Assembly: GCA_009602725.1 (NCBI GenBank)
Contig: WELB01000007.1
Location: forward strand, 687,697 to 751,696
Length of the DNA stretch: 64,000 bases
Reading direction: 5' to 3'
DNA from: Spirogloea muscicola
Lineage: Eukaryota
Shown: positions 28,007 through 40,672 of the stretch, in pieces
Numbering within the stretch: the stretch's first letter is position 1
How the letters are laid out: each line of letters begins with the position of its first letter
Notes under the pieces: model-generated
The model's input: the letters and a program-made list of their open reading frames with translations, nothing else
Databases searched by the model: none
What the model was told of the DNA's origin: nothing
Made by a program: the position numbers and the translations under genes

Positions 28007-29529
28007 GGAGCTTCTTCTTTGGGCTGGCCTCTCACAGCCATTGCTGTCAATTTGAAAGAGATGTTTTCTTTTCTTGCTATGAAAGGCCAGCCGACCAGCC
28101 CGAAAAGAATGGACAAGGTCTTCTGAAAGCAGAAAGCTTTCAACAGGAAGCGATGGCTGTGAAAAGGTTCAAAATTGTTCCAAGGAGGGCGAGGGCCTGT
28201 AAAAGCCCAGCCCAAACGAAAGGGCAAAGAATATGAAGGGAGAAAGACTCTTCCAGTAAAGAGCAATGGCTGTATTTGGCCAGCCCAGAGAATGAGTAAA
28301 CAAAGTTCGAAGGGGCCAGAAAAGCGGTAAAGCACACAGCCACTCAAGCGGCCACATAGAGAAGAGCACGGCATCGAGGAGATGAGGCCCACCGCACCAG
28401 GGAAACGGGGAAAAGGACAGTACAGGGGCAACAATTGACGTGGAGCACAAAAAGGAGAGGCACTACCTGAGCAGACCACTGCCATATATTTAAAATGAAA
28501 ATCTACGGCGTTTACGCTATGATTGGTCCTCCCTCCTCCAGCCCTCCTCCTCCCTGAGGATACCGTCTCGGTTTGTGCCTCTGTTTTATTCATCCATACA
28601 CCATGCTCTCTCCTCCAGCATCTGATTCAGCTGGTTGATGCGAGCCGTTGCAGTTCGGGCTGCAATTGGACATACTAGCAGTCCGCAGGCGTCATTTGCA
28701 TGATAAACGATGCGGCTCTTGCTGAAGTTGCAGCGCTGCCAGGCTTTGGCCATGCATTAGCATTGCCGGGCGCGCACAATGCCAGGCCACTGGCTTCCGC
28801 TGCGGTGCTCCGGCTTCCCAAGAAAGTCTGCCCCCTAGAGTTCACTCACTCGTGAAGGTCCCAATCTAGCTTTGTAGTGCACTATTCTGTGTTCTTCTTA
28901 CAAAGTGTACTGGCTTGCTTTGGCCTCCCTCTCGTTGTGTGCACCGCGCGCCTTCCCCGATTCTTTGTCTAGTTCTGTCCTATAAGGGTACTTTTTCGGC
29001 TTGGCTCCAATTTGTTGGCACAGCACACCTTCTCTCTGGGTGGCCTTTCACAGCCACCGCTTCCTAAGAAATAGCTTCTCTTTGCCACGCTCCTCAGACA
29101 GCTCGAAAGGTCCTCCGCGCTGTCAGTCAGAGCTTCACAACCCTTACCCACGCTCCTTCCTGGTTGACCACTCAGCCACTGCCTCCGCATAAAGGAAGAG
29201 CTCACCACCTCTTTGAGCTCGTCTGCAAGCCGTACGAGCAGCAACTGTGTGACATTGACGTATCTGTGCACAGCTTGAGTATATCCTCTCATGCTTGCTC
29301 TCCGCAACCTCACCCAAATAGCTGGCAGCTCAGCAATACAGAGCACTCTGGATGAGCAAGGTCATCATATCTGGTTCACTCTGAGACCATTAACGAGCGT
29401 GTGCTGCTGCGTTGGCTTCTGACCGCATGCTGCCAAGCTTTCAAAGCTGGGGCATGGCAACTGGGAGACAAGTGCAGGATGAGCCGCATTGCAACGACTT
29501 GACTGGGTAACTCTTCATCCAAGATGTCA

Positions 29530-32500
29530 TTAAATTTGATAGTCAATTTCGACTTCTGGTGGTTTTTTTTTGGATGGCATGCCTCGCACTACCTTTGTTC
29601 GTCTGGGCCGCAGCCTGTACGTGGTAGGGCGGGTCATCACTGAAGAATCCTCCTCTTCACCAGCGCTGGCCTCCAGACTGCCATCTGATCTGCTGGATTC
29701 CATACCATTCGGCCTGTGACCAAGCTTGGCTTCATCATCACAGGCTGTTATTGGCGGCTGGCTAACTGGAGAGTCTTCCACTCCTTTGATGGTCCTTCTG
29801 GCGCACAGCCACTCCTCTCCAGGCTCGCCTGCTGAAGGAAAGTGCCACCTGCCAGCTGCTGACTCCTGCCATCAAAATCAGCTGATTCTTCATCAGACTC
29901 ACTCAGAAATGGGAAAATACCATTCCGGGTAGTCTGCAAGCAGACAGGACCTCATCTCGTCTTCATATCTTGCCTTGTACACACAGTATACAGCTGCGGT
30001 GTTCCGAAAGTAGAGTTTCTTTACAAGCATGTGAGATGTGCGAGACATTCCTACAATACTGCTGAAAGGCCTCAATTCCTTGCATGACAGTCAGCTTCTT
30101 GGCTTGCCTGTATTACAACAGAATGATTTGGTGGCATCTGCAACTCCGCACCCTGGGACGAAACCAGGAGGCGCACCTGTGTATGCATTGTTATCGTTAG
30201 ACTTTCACCCTCTTAAACAGCTGAATACTACCAGAGTGGCAGTCACTGCTAAAGTGTGCAAAGAAGGTTTTGTGAGGTAGATCTATCCACAATTAGGCAC
30301 CCGCAAACCTTGTCATGATGTGCAGCATATTAGCTGCTAGGTGGTAGCGCATGCACCTCTCACAGGCATGTCTCCTTCCTCACCTGATGACGCTCTTTCC
30401 ATTTAGGAAAGAAGTCAGTCCCTAATAGCTGAAAGAGGTGATCTCTCATCTCGTCATTCGTTACAAGCAGCGCCTTGCAACTGACAGCTGCATACAACCA
30501 GTACCTGTGCAAGATACAAGACATGCTGTGGATGCTGAGGAGCAGAGCACTTGAGAGCTGCGGATTCCCTTCTTGCAACTGTGGTAGGCCCTCAAACACC
30601 TCTTTGCAAGTATCTAACCACATCTTTCCCCTTGGAGGGTACAGAAGCTCTGGCGACCTATGAGAAGCGGGAGTATGCCGAGGCTCTCACCAGTCATCAT
30701 TTGAACCTCCGGGAGTGGCATAGAATGCGTCCGCAGCTCGCCACTCCTTGAACAACCTCTGTGCTAAGGGCTGCGAAGCTGGCCCGCCTCGCGTGCGCTT
30801 GTGGTGAAGGATGATCAGCGGCAGCTTCTTGGTGGCTGATAGGCTCTGGATCGCATTCACCACTCTGCTGAGCTGCACAATACCACGAAGTTTGTACATA
30901 AAGACTCAGCAACCACAATTCCTCAATCAAAGTCTGCCCATGAAGTAGTAATAATTACTCTGCATATTGAAGAAGTACTAAACAGACCTGCTGTGAGCAG
31001 CCAAATCCAAGTGATGGTGCTCAATGTGGACAATCGACTCCACAATAGGAAGCTGGGGGCCTGCCTGCCAGAAATTGAAGCCACTTTGGGCCTGGTTGAA
31101 GAGGCCCACATTGGCCGCATCCACCACGGCATCAAAAGGGCCGTGCTTGTCCAACCACGCCTGCAGAGGACAACAGCCGTGGGATGAGTCATTAGAGCCA
31201 GCAAAGAGTTCTGTTGCTTGCACAAGCTACAACAAGCGTCTCGGCACCCTGCCCCTTGGGCAAGAGACTCAATGCTGTCTGCTACTTTTTATTGCTGTAT
31301 CGACTGAAGCCCACACTTCAGCGCATCCTCAACTCCAAGCAAGGCCTCTCCTAGTGGTACAATGGGCACGTCAGCAAGTACAAGAACATATAGATCCAGA
31401 TTGCGGTGCAGGATGTATCCAAGTAAGCTAACCTGAAACTTGGAGAACTCGCTGGTGTAAGTTTCGCGCTCCATGGCCAGTGCGGAGACGGACTCGGCGA
31501 ACCTGTCGGTCTCTGCAGGGTCCAGGTCAATGGTGACCAGCCGCTCGCCACAAGCGTTGCAGACGCCGTCGGCGCTGACGCGAGTGCGCTTCGCCAGCCA
31601 GGGGCCACGGCCCCGCCAGCCGAGGCCGTGCCAGCCCCCGCCCTTGGCCTCCATGGCCTCCTTGATCGCCAATCTACCAATCTCATCAGTGTCTGCAAAA
31701 GTGGCAACCAGTCCAACAGCAGCCGTAAGACACTAAGCAGCGACGGGTCTGCCGTGCGATATGTTGGTCTTGGCGCTGCTTGAGCACAAGGTGGCCAGCT
31801 CTGGTCGAGCGGTCACCTGGAGCTGCTGCAGCAGTGTCGCTGGCGAACCAGCGCTCGATAACATCCAGGGTGCTCGGCAGCAAGCCTCGCACCGTCGTCC
31901 GGAGGCGGTGGATCAGGGCGTAGACCTTGTCCGCGGCGCCCACGGCGGCGCTGAGCTGGAGCAGCGCGGCGAGCTCCTCCTCGCCGGGCGCCACGCCGGC
32001 GGCCAGCATGTGGGCGTCCACGGCGAAGGCCTTGTCCAGCTCGCCGAGCCGGCAGTAGGTGTAGAGCGCGGGGCCGTAGGAGCGCAGCCTCGCCGGGATG
32101 TCGAACGCGGCCATCTGCTTGACGAGCTCGAAGGCGGCGTCGCCGTCGGCGCTGGCGGAGGCCAGCCGCGCGACGGACGTGATGGTGGCTTCGTTGGGCG
32201 CCACGCCGCCGGCACGCATGTGCTGGTAGATGCCGAAGCCGCGCTGCCGCGCCATGGCGCCCACCTCCTCCGGCACCGGCACGTCCACGGCGCCCCCGGC
32301 GCCGGCACTGGGCTCCGCTGCCTCCACGCCGGCGGCGGCCTGGCCGTCGCGGCCGNNNNNNNNNNNNNNNNNNNNNNNNNNNNNNNNNNNNNNNNNNNNN
32401 NNNNNNNNNNNNNNNNNNNNNNNNNNNNNNNNNNNNNNNNNNNNNNNNNNNNNNNNNNNNNNNNNNNNNNNNNNNNNNNNNNNNNNNNNNNNNNNNNNNN

Positions 32501-32909
32501 NNNNNNNNNNNNNNNNNNNNNNNNNNNNNNNNNNNNNNNNNNNNNNNNNNNNNNNNNNNNNNNNNNNNNNNNNNNNNNNNNNNNNNNNNNNNNNNNNNNN
32601 NNNNNNNNNNNNNNNNNNNNNNNNNNNNNNNNNNNNNNNNNNNNNNNNNNNNNNNNNNNNNNNNNNNNNNNNNNNNNNNNNNNNNNNNNNNNNNNNNNNN
32701 NNNNNNNNNNNNNNNNNNNNNNNNNNNNNNNNNCCTGGGCGGCCTCCTCGCCCAGCGACGGCGCCGCCGCCGAGAGGCAAGCCATAGCCCGCGCCGCGGC
32801 AGAGCATCCCCTCCGCCGCCGCCAGCTACCGCCGCTGCGCCACCGCCGCCGCCGCCGCCGCCGCGCTTCTCGCCGCAAGGGGCGGGCGCCCGCCTGCGGC
32901 GGCAGCCAT
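29530..32909 (-). CDS. PRORP: Protein-only RNase P (PRORP): PPR plus NYN domain; 5' end uncertain because of the gap at 32356-32733
   Basis: PNEATITSVARLA, ARLRSYGPAL, GGGWHGLGW, C..CGERLVTIDLD, VDAANVGL, PGGSNDDW|YWLYAAV, VTNDEMRDHLF, KWKERHQ|V..MPP..SVVIQ|ES..GRWHFP..WLCARR. Confidence 0.95.
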
Positions 32910-33004
32910 GGATGAGCTGGGTTCGGATGCAGTGGTGCGGAGAGCAGGGTTGTGGGTACTGCCTAAAACCTCCGCCCATGCCGCTCCGCTCCAGAAGAAA
33001 TTGC

Positions 33005-33237
33005 TGGCCCATAGAAGCAGGGGGGCTAGCAAGGCCAGCCCAGCAAAGAATGGACAACATCCGAAGGCCACGAGAGGCCACAATACGGTGCCGGAAGAGG
33101 GAAAAACTCCACACCAGGACACGAAAAGATGCAGATGGATGCTCAGTATCAACGAGTGAGCAACAGCAAATCAGAACAGCTCGAAGTCCATGCTTTTCTG
33201 GGCTGGCTCTGCTAGCCCCTCTTTTACTGTGGGCGAG
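33005..33237. repeat. MITE-like ~50-bp imperfect inverted repeats built on family A dyads, upstream of PRORP
   Basis: 33005-33055 (ggggctagcaaggccagcccagcaaagaatggac) versus the reverse complement of 33186-33237 (ggggctagcagagccagcccagaaaagcatggac). Confidence 0.75.
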
Positions 33238-34234
33238 CCCTTTCCCTCGAAGCAGGAAAAGCGGCACTCCGCCGAGACCCTGAGGCAGCAGCAACTCTAG
33301 AGCTCCTAAAACCTCAAACCCCTCTCCCCTCCCTCTTTCGGCTGGCCTTGCACAGCAAGTGGCCTGCTTTTGGGAGGAGTCTCCCCACCCTGAAGTCGGA
33401 TAGCACCCTCAGTGAGTGAGAAGCGCTTTCTGGTCAAACTTTCTTGTGCTGGTAAAGGCCAGCTCAAGTGAGCAAGAACGAGGATCATGGCAGCCGGAGA
33501 GCTCTCTTGCTCGGTTGCTGCGCTGTGGCTGTTGAGCTGCCTTGCATGTCCTCGGCAGTGTCCTGCAAGCTGGCCCCCTGCCCTTTCCTCCTGCCTGCGC
33601 ACGTTCTTGTCGCCTCCACCTCGTCTTGTCCTTCGACATCGCGCCATGGTCCTGCACTGCTGCAGGCTGCCATCTGGTACCTTTCAGGAAATGAAAGCAC
33701 ACGGCAGCTTTCTCTTCCTCCTGTGCTGCGACTAAAGTCAACTTGCACCACCAAGGCTCTGGCGTCGCTCCTGCCACTGTCTTGCTGCCAGTGCCACCAT
33801 CTGATCCAAGGACTCAAACTCTATACCTCGGGGTTTTGGAGTTGAGCTTGCATTCAGTCCTATAATGATGGTAGACCGTTCAACTTTGACATGCAGGTTA
33901 GTCTCCGAATAGCAGTCCAGTGTCAAGCAATTGCAGGTTGCATCACTGCTGCGCGAGGATAGAGGCAGCTCACCTAAGTGAATTTGTGGCAATCCGATTT
34001 CTAGGACGAGCGAGCTTCAGTATTACACGCTGAAAGATTGATGACAATATGTGGAGCTATTTATGTCCTGAAACTTACATTGCAATGGCACTGGCTATTC
34101 TGGCGCTTCTGCTGCACAATGTGCGCCGCGACACTTGAAGTGGCTGCAACTGAAAGGCTGGCCTAGCTCAGCAGAGCGGATCCGATGCACAGGAGCAGCC
34201 GAAGCCGGCTTGTCACAGCCGCCACCCCCGGCGC

Positions 34235-36982
34235 TCACATGCGGCCGCCAACCCAGCCGTCCTTGACCTCAGATGCGCATCGCACCTCAGCCAGCAGCCC
34301 GGCGCTGTCGTACCGCCTGCGCATGGACAGCCTCATGCCACTCCCGCACAGCCAGCCCAGGCCGAGCGTGAGGCCGCCGTCGTCGCCCACCTCGACCGAT
34401 GCCGTCACGCCGCCAGGCAGCCAGAGCACGCTGGCGTCGTCGTCGCCGTCCGGGCCAGCCTGGCCCGGCACACTGCGCTCGATCGCCGTCTCTTGGCACG
34501 AATATAAGATCGATGGTGGCACAGGCTCGCGGGCCTTGCTGTTACTCAAGCCAGCGCCGCCATTGTCCCGTGCTGCAGCCTCCTTCAGAAGAACCTCCAC
34601 TGGAAGGTCTGCCGCCTGCCTATTCGCCTGGCTCCCGTCGCCACTGCTGCCTGAGCCTGAGCTGTTGTGGTGCAGAGCCGTGCCAATGACCTCAAACACC
34701 TTCCATGACCCTGCGACATCTCCAAGCTGCGGCCGCGGGCGCTGCGAGAAGGGCGGCCGGCCTACATCGGCACTGCCACCCTGGCTGTTGCCTTTGCTGC
34801 ATGCCCATCGTAAGACACATGGTCGTCAGCTGGCCATCAACCGAGGCCGGCAGACCTGGTAAAGCTTAGACAGTTGCTGCCACGCAGTTCGATGCACAAG
34901 AAGACAGCCAGAACACAGCCAGAAAGTAGATGCTCAGGAGCATTGCATACTCGTGCAAAGGCAGATTGGCATGGACGTCTCACCTAATCGCCTCCATGCG
35001 GCACGGCCCCAGCCAAACCTCCTCATACGCAGCAACACGGAGGACCTGGACTTCCTCGCCTCCCGCCTCGACACCAAGGGTGTGCACGAGCCGCAGGCGC
35101 GTGTGACCCCCCTGTACCAGGCACTGCAGGCAGCCGAGGATGTCATGAGAATCAGCATATACTCCTTCAATTGGAAGTTGCTGCTGCCTATTGTGGGGTT
35201 GCAGGAGGGAAACGAATCTTGCTTTCGCAAAGACGCGATTAGTTGCCGTGCATGTACTGCACCGATCTGATATTGCAAGTTGGGAAAAGCATACCTGCTC
35301 AATCTTGTACGTGGGGAGTGCATGGTAGCGCACGTCGCCGTCCTCCTCGCCACCTGCCCCTGAGCTCTTGTCTGTGGGCAGCAACTCAGCGGGGCCACGG
35401 GAGTACGACCCGTCCTGGAGCCCATGCGCCGGTAATGACATAAGTTGGGATATTGACTGATCGCTGAGAAGACTGATCTTCAAGAGACTACCGAGGAGGA
35501 TTGAAACAACGATCGTCTTACTTGCACAACCTGTGCAGTATTGTACGAGCATGCACTCCTCACAGCAAGTGGAAAGAATATCCCTTGATGACAGATATCC
35601 TGCTTCTGTCAATATCAGACCTCAGTGCAGGGCACATGCCAAAGATCAAGAACGTGTGCTTTGAGCAGCGAATTGACTGCAGCGGGTGGTTCTGTGGTAT
35701 GCAAGGCCGGATTGGGGTGGCACCTCAAAGTAGACAAGGCCGTCCTCACGGCTCATGACGTCTTCCTCCATCACCTCATTTTCCATCACCTCTGCCACCT
35801 CTGTGACCGCAAGGAGGCTGCTAGTGACCTGCGCAGCAGTATGCTTGGTTCCAACCGCTGCCACAGCAGTCGCCGCGACCTCCCGGCCTCGCTCCTCCCA
35901 TGAACCCGCAGCAGTGTCCTGACCGCGCTGCTGCATCACTCGCCACTGGCTTTCCTCGTTGGTCTCGTCACATTCATCGTCCTCCCTCCACAACGCCCCG
36001 GCAACCTCAAGCATTCCGTCCTCGCTGCCGATGTTCTGCTCCCAATGTCCGTCCTCGCCCTCTGAGCCGCTTGCAGCATCGCCATTCTGACGGGTCGTGG
36101 CGCCGCTGCCTACACCAGCCTCCCCTAGTGGGTTTGAGACGACCCAAGTGACCCGCCGTGTCAGCGAGCCCTGGGAACCCGCTGCTGCGTCAGAGTGGTC
36201 GACGACAGCCCTCGTCGCCGCATCGTACAGGTACTCGCCGGTGGCGCCGAGCGAGAGGGGCTCCATGCACGCTGTGGTCGGGGAGAAGCAGGCGCCGGCG
36301 CCGCACCACACCCCCGCGGCGCTGCTCAGGAAGGTCGTCCACAGCGGGCTGCCAATGATCTCCTGCATTTCACGCGTGCGCAATCGATAATTACGAAAGT
36401 GGTGGACCAAGTGTATGCGATTGTGATACGTAAAGCTGAAGGATCTTACTGGCGCCGTCAAGCGAGGAGTACAAGGATGTGCGGCACCTCGGCCTGGAGG
36501 ACAGCCTCGCTGAGCAGCGGCAGGGGGCCCGAGATCAGCGCCCGCTTGGCAGCGCCGCAGCTGCCCGGACGGCCCGCTCCATTGCTGCTCGCTCCCGGCG
36601 CAGCAGTGGCGGTGCTCCTCCGGGCGCCGCCGCCGCCGCCGCTGCCGCTGCCGGCCCGGCTGTCTTCTCTGCCCGTCCGTCCGCCGCCACCTCGGCCACC
36701 GCCGCGGCCGCGGCCGCGGCTACTGCCGCTCCGGCCATCGCCGCCACCACCACTGCTGCCGCGGCCGCCGCCACCGCTCCCAGCCTGCCTCCTCTTCCTG
36801 GAGCTGTCTCGCCATCGGCCTGTCCCCTCCTTGGCCGCCGCACAAGCTGCGCCGCCGCAGCCCCGACCGGCGCTGCACATCGTGCCTGCAGGGCCGGCCT
36901 CGATCAAGCGCACCGCCACCATCGCAGCCGCCGCCCCGCAGAGCTCGGCTGCCGCGGCGGCGGTGGCGGCGGCGGCCGCCAT
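34235..36982 (-). CDS. Putative plastid-targeted DUF3598-like protein, about 5 exons
   Basis: Ala/Gly/Arg-rich N-terminus, GVWCGAGACFSP, EDGLVYFE|DGSYSRGP, YKIEQ|CLV.GGHTRLRLVH, LWLPGGVTA..GLGW...RRYD..G.L.EVR. Family assignment is from memory of plant and cyanobacterial homologues. Confidence 0.72.
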
Positions 36983-37192
36983 GGCGGGCTCCCCGAGCAG
37001 CCGGCAGCTGCACGGCGAGCCTCGCTTGCGCGCCACCGCGGCGGCCAAGGACCTCAGCTCCGCCTGACACGTGTTGGCCAGTGTCGAGTCAGGACGTAGC
37101 AGGGCCCGCGAGCGCCGCCGCCGCCGCCGCCGCCTCCGCCGCCGTCGCCGCCGCTGCCCAGCGTCACTCTGCAAGCGAGCACGACAGCAGCA

Positions 37193-38732
37193 ATGGCAGC
37201 AATGAGGACCAGGACGAGGCACGGCAGGTCTGGTGACGGCGGCGACGGTGGCGACGGCGGCGCCAGCGGCGGCGGCGGCGACGGCAGCGGCACCTGATGG
37301 TGTCGCCGTCCCGGACGAGCGCCAGCGGCTCCGACGGCGGCAGCGTGAAGCCGTCGACGGCGAGGGCGAAGCCGGCGGCGGCGAGGCAGCGGANNNNNNN
37401 NNNNNNNNNNNNNNNNNNNNNNNNNNNNNNNNNNNNNNNNNNNNNNNNNNNNNNNNNNNNNNNNNNNNNNNNNNNNNNNNNNNNNNNNNNNNNNNNNNNN
37501 NNNNNNNNNNNNNNNNNNNNNNNNNNNNNNNNNNNNNNNNNNNNNNNNNNNNNNNAGGGCGGCGGGGCGCGAGGAGCCTCGCCGAGCTGCGGGAGCTGCG
37601 GGCGGCGGCGGCCGAGCAGCGGCGGCGCGCCGAGGAGGATGACGAGCGAGGCGGCAGGGCTGCGCCACCGCCGCCGCCGTCGTCGTCGTCATCCCACCGC
37701 AGCATGATGGCGAAGCTGACGCCGCTTGGGCAGGCACTCGACGTCGCCCGCCGGGTGAGGGACCCCTGCCGCCATTGCCATTGTTGCTGTCGTGACAGCG
37801 GACCTTCTTCCAGGCGAGGCCTCGCTGCTTGAAGGCCTGCAGCAGCTGATCCTGATCCTGAGGTGGCGCTGGCGATGGCCGGCAGCTGGACGCCATCGAG
37901 CGTGAGGTGCAGAGCCTGGCGGGCAGTGCCACCGAGGCGGGCCGCCTCGACGCCGTAGGCGAGCGGGTGAGCCCCCACAGTCGCCAGCTCGCTGTCAAGA
38001 GCTGGCAAACTGGCGGGCTCTTCTGGCACTGACACACGTCTTCGCTGCCCAACCTCCACGCCGCCACGGCAGGAGCGGGCGCGGCTGACAGAGGCAGTGA
38101 CGGAAATGCAGCTTCGCATGGACGGCATTGAGGTTCGTGTCGCAGATTCAGCACTCGCCTTGCTCGCTTCTGCATGGCTGTCTCTTGCAGCTTGTTGTCG
38201 CCTGGATGCCGTCAAGGACCACAGTTGCCACTGAATCCTAAGCCCAGCTCCCTAGTACCTGACCAAAACCCTTAGATGCATATCTCTGTACCTTACAAGC
38301 CGGAGCTGTGCTCACATCCTCTTGCATGCAGGGCGATGAGGCTGTGCGGCCAGTGCGGCGGGCCCAGACGCAGCGCATGCACGCCCTCATCCAGGTGCAC
38401 GCACGGCCACAACAACCAAGGCCAACAGCTTAGCCCTTGCTGCGGCCGTCACGTCCCGCTGGCCGAGTGAGGCCATGGCCGCCCTGCTGGCAGCGGCGCT
38501 GCTGAGCAAGCTCCTGGTGGCGCAAATGTGCGCAGTCAGGGGGCACCTGCGTGGCTCTGACCTCACAAACCACTGACCACTGCCACCAAAGACCCATGAG
38601 ATTGTGGTACCCACTCTGAGGGCTCATCTTGTGGGCGTGCTGCTGCAGAGACTAGAAGCCCTGGCCAGTGCGGAGACGATCAAGGCCGACAGCACTGATG
38701 GGGCTCTACCTGCAGCACAAGATGCGCCATGA
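37193..38732 (+). CDS. BAG-domain co-chaperone-like protein, multi-exon, interrupted by a gap
   Basis: Spliced C-terminus ALDVARR|LDAIEREVQSL...|ERARLTEAVTEMQLRMDGIE|GDEAVRPVRRAQTQRMHALIQ|RLEAL matches the BAG three-helix pattern (L.E.LM..LLKLD.I....R..RK..V.R.Q). Confidence 0.72.
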
Positions 38733-39237
38733 GTGGAGTCGCCCTGGGCGTGCTGCTTTCCATCGCCTGTGGCAAAAGTTCGTGGTCTCCTTATGCATGA
38801 CCGTGCCCTACTCAAATCCACCTGATGCCACAATTTTTTATTAATGCCAGGCTGCCACAGAAGCAGCGGCCGGCTCGCTAATGGCAAGCGGCCATAGGGG
38901 GTGAAGCAAGTTGTCACTCCTCCCTAGAGGCAAGGCAATGCTTGGGAGGCCTGCAGAGGGGGGGCCAACCATAGCCCCCCCCTCGTGAGCCAGTGCAAGC
39001 GTACCAACAAAGCTGCAACCTTATCGCGTGGACTTGAACCCCAAGTGGCAAAACTTGAAACTTTGAGATAGACACTACTGGGCCTCTTTGCTAAAGATTA
39101 TGCGCAGCAGACCATCTCCTTCGGTGATGGTCCGCCTGTCAGCTAGTGGAGCGTGGCGGGAGAAAGCGGGAGGAGGGGAAAACGAAAGTAACATGCCTAC
39201 GAGGCTGCCGGATCGGAGGGCAGCCATCGTTCCTTTG

Positions 39238-40672
39238 TCAGAAGCGCGAGGCCTGCCAGTGGTTGAGGCTGATGAATGCGTTGGGCGAGTACTGGCCATA
39301 TGCAACGGCCTGCGAGATCTGGCGGCCGAGCTGGCGATGGCTTGGTGCGGCGCCAGGCCCTGTGCTGGCGTATTCAAGGAACTGTACCTGACCCGACGCT
39401 GCGGCGCCATGCCAGTCGCTCCACCCCACAGGCAGCACATTGGCAGCCATGGAGCAGCCGGCGAAGACGACGAGAGCCTTAGAGCGATACGGCCGGCCGA
39501 GGTATGTCGGTCCCGCGCCGTCCACCTTACATTGCCAGAAGACGAATCCGCCGGGCAAGGTGCCACCGGTCCAGTCCTGGCCCTGTGCCGTGACATAGCC
39601 GCGGTAGGCATACACCGCCTTAGTGTAGAGCTCGGCACCGTCAAAGACGGCACGCCCAAAGCCCCATACGTAGTCTGCCAGGCCCTCCACATACACCTGC
39701 TTGAAGTAGTGCTGCCCAGTGTACACAGCCAACGTGTCCATCCAGCCCTTGATACCGACGACGTAGAACTGCGACTGCGTGCCCAGCAGCGACACAGCCG
39801 GAGACGGGTCCCACACCGAGTAGTGCGTGTTTTGGATCACAATCGCCGCCGCCAAGAAGTAGTCTGGCCCATCGTAGCCATCAATGTGAACTATATCAGG
39901 AGACAGTCGTGGACTAATGCAGTTCCAGAGGCAAGATGCGGCGATACCACTCGCCTATGTGGTGAGGAGATGCGTGCCAGGGAGAACGAGTGAATGGCGC
40001 ACCTCCGTAGACGACGAGCGTGGCGCAGCTGTAGGGATCGCCGACCTGGCTCTGGCTGTTGGACGCTGTGATAATGGTCGAGCGGCCCTGGCCGATGAGC
40101 GTGATATAATTCTTCCCTGCGGGGATGAGAACGCGCTCGGTGTACGTGCCAGCACGCACGCAGATCTTGACGCGCTGCAGGTTGGGGTTGTAGAAGTTGC
40201 CGGCCACCGCGTCGACCGCGTCCTGGACGCGTTGGTGGGTGCCACTGCCGTCCCCGGCCACGGTGTACGTGCAGCCGCTAAAGCCAGTGCCCTTGGCGGT
40301 CGCCAACCTCCGACCGCGGTCGCTGCCGCCGCCGCCGCCGCCGCCGCCGCTGCTGCCGCCGCTGCCATTGCCGGAGCTGCCAAAGTCCAGCCACTTCTCC
40401 TCGAGGCCGCCAGCGCCGGCCGGCTCCTGGGTGCTGTTGTCTGGGCCCTCCCACCGGAAGTACTGGCCCAACTTCAGGCCCTCCGCCGCGAGCGGCTGAG
40501 CATAGCTCGCCAAGCCAATGGCGAAAGCACCGGCAATGCTATCGCTCTTGCTGGCGCTTGACGCCACCGGATGGGGTCCGCTTGCTGCCGAAGCAGTCAA
40601 TGAGGCACATTGAGAGAGCAAGCCCAGCACCAGCAGCAGGGCGGTGCCGATCTGCCATGCAAGCAGCAAGGC
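39238..40672 (-). CDS. Pectin methylesterase (CE8) with signal peptide; exact start codon not resolved (a small upstream exon is likely)
   Basis: Hydrophobic leader, VAGDGSG..VQDAVDA, GTYTERVLIP..KNYITLIG, GWMDTL, YVEGLADYVWG, YLGRPY, GWSDW, EYASTGPGA. Intron about 40001-39864. Confidence 0.9.

Noticed and set aside
38956..38984. G7/C8 hairpin between convergent genes
   Set aside because: Homopolymer stem with no U-tract or Helitron-type CTRR end at a suitable distance. Single copy.
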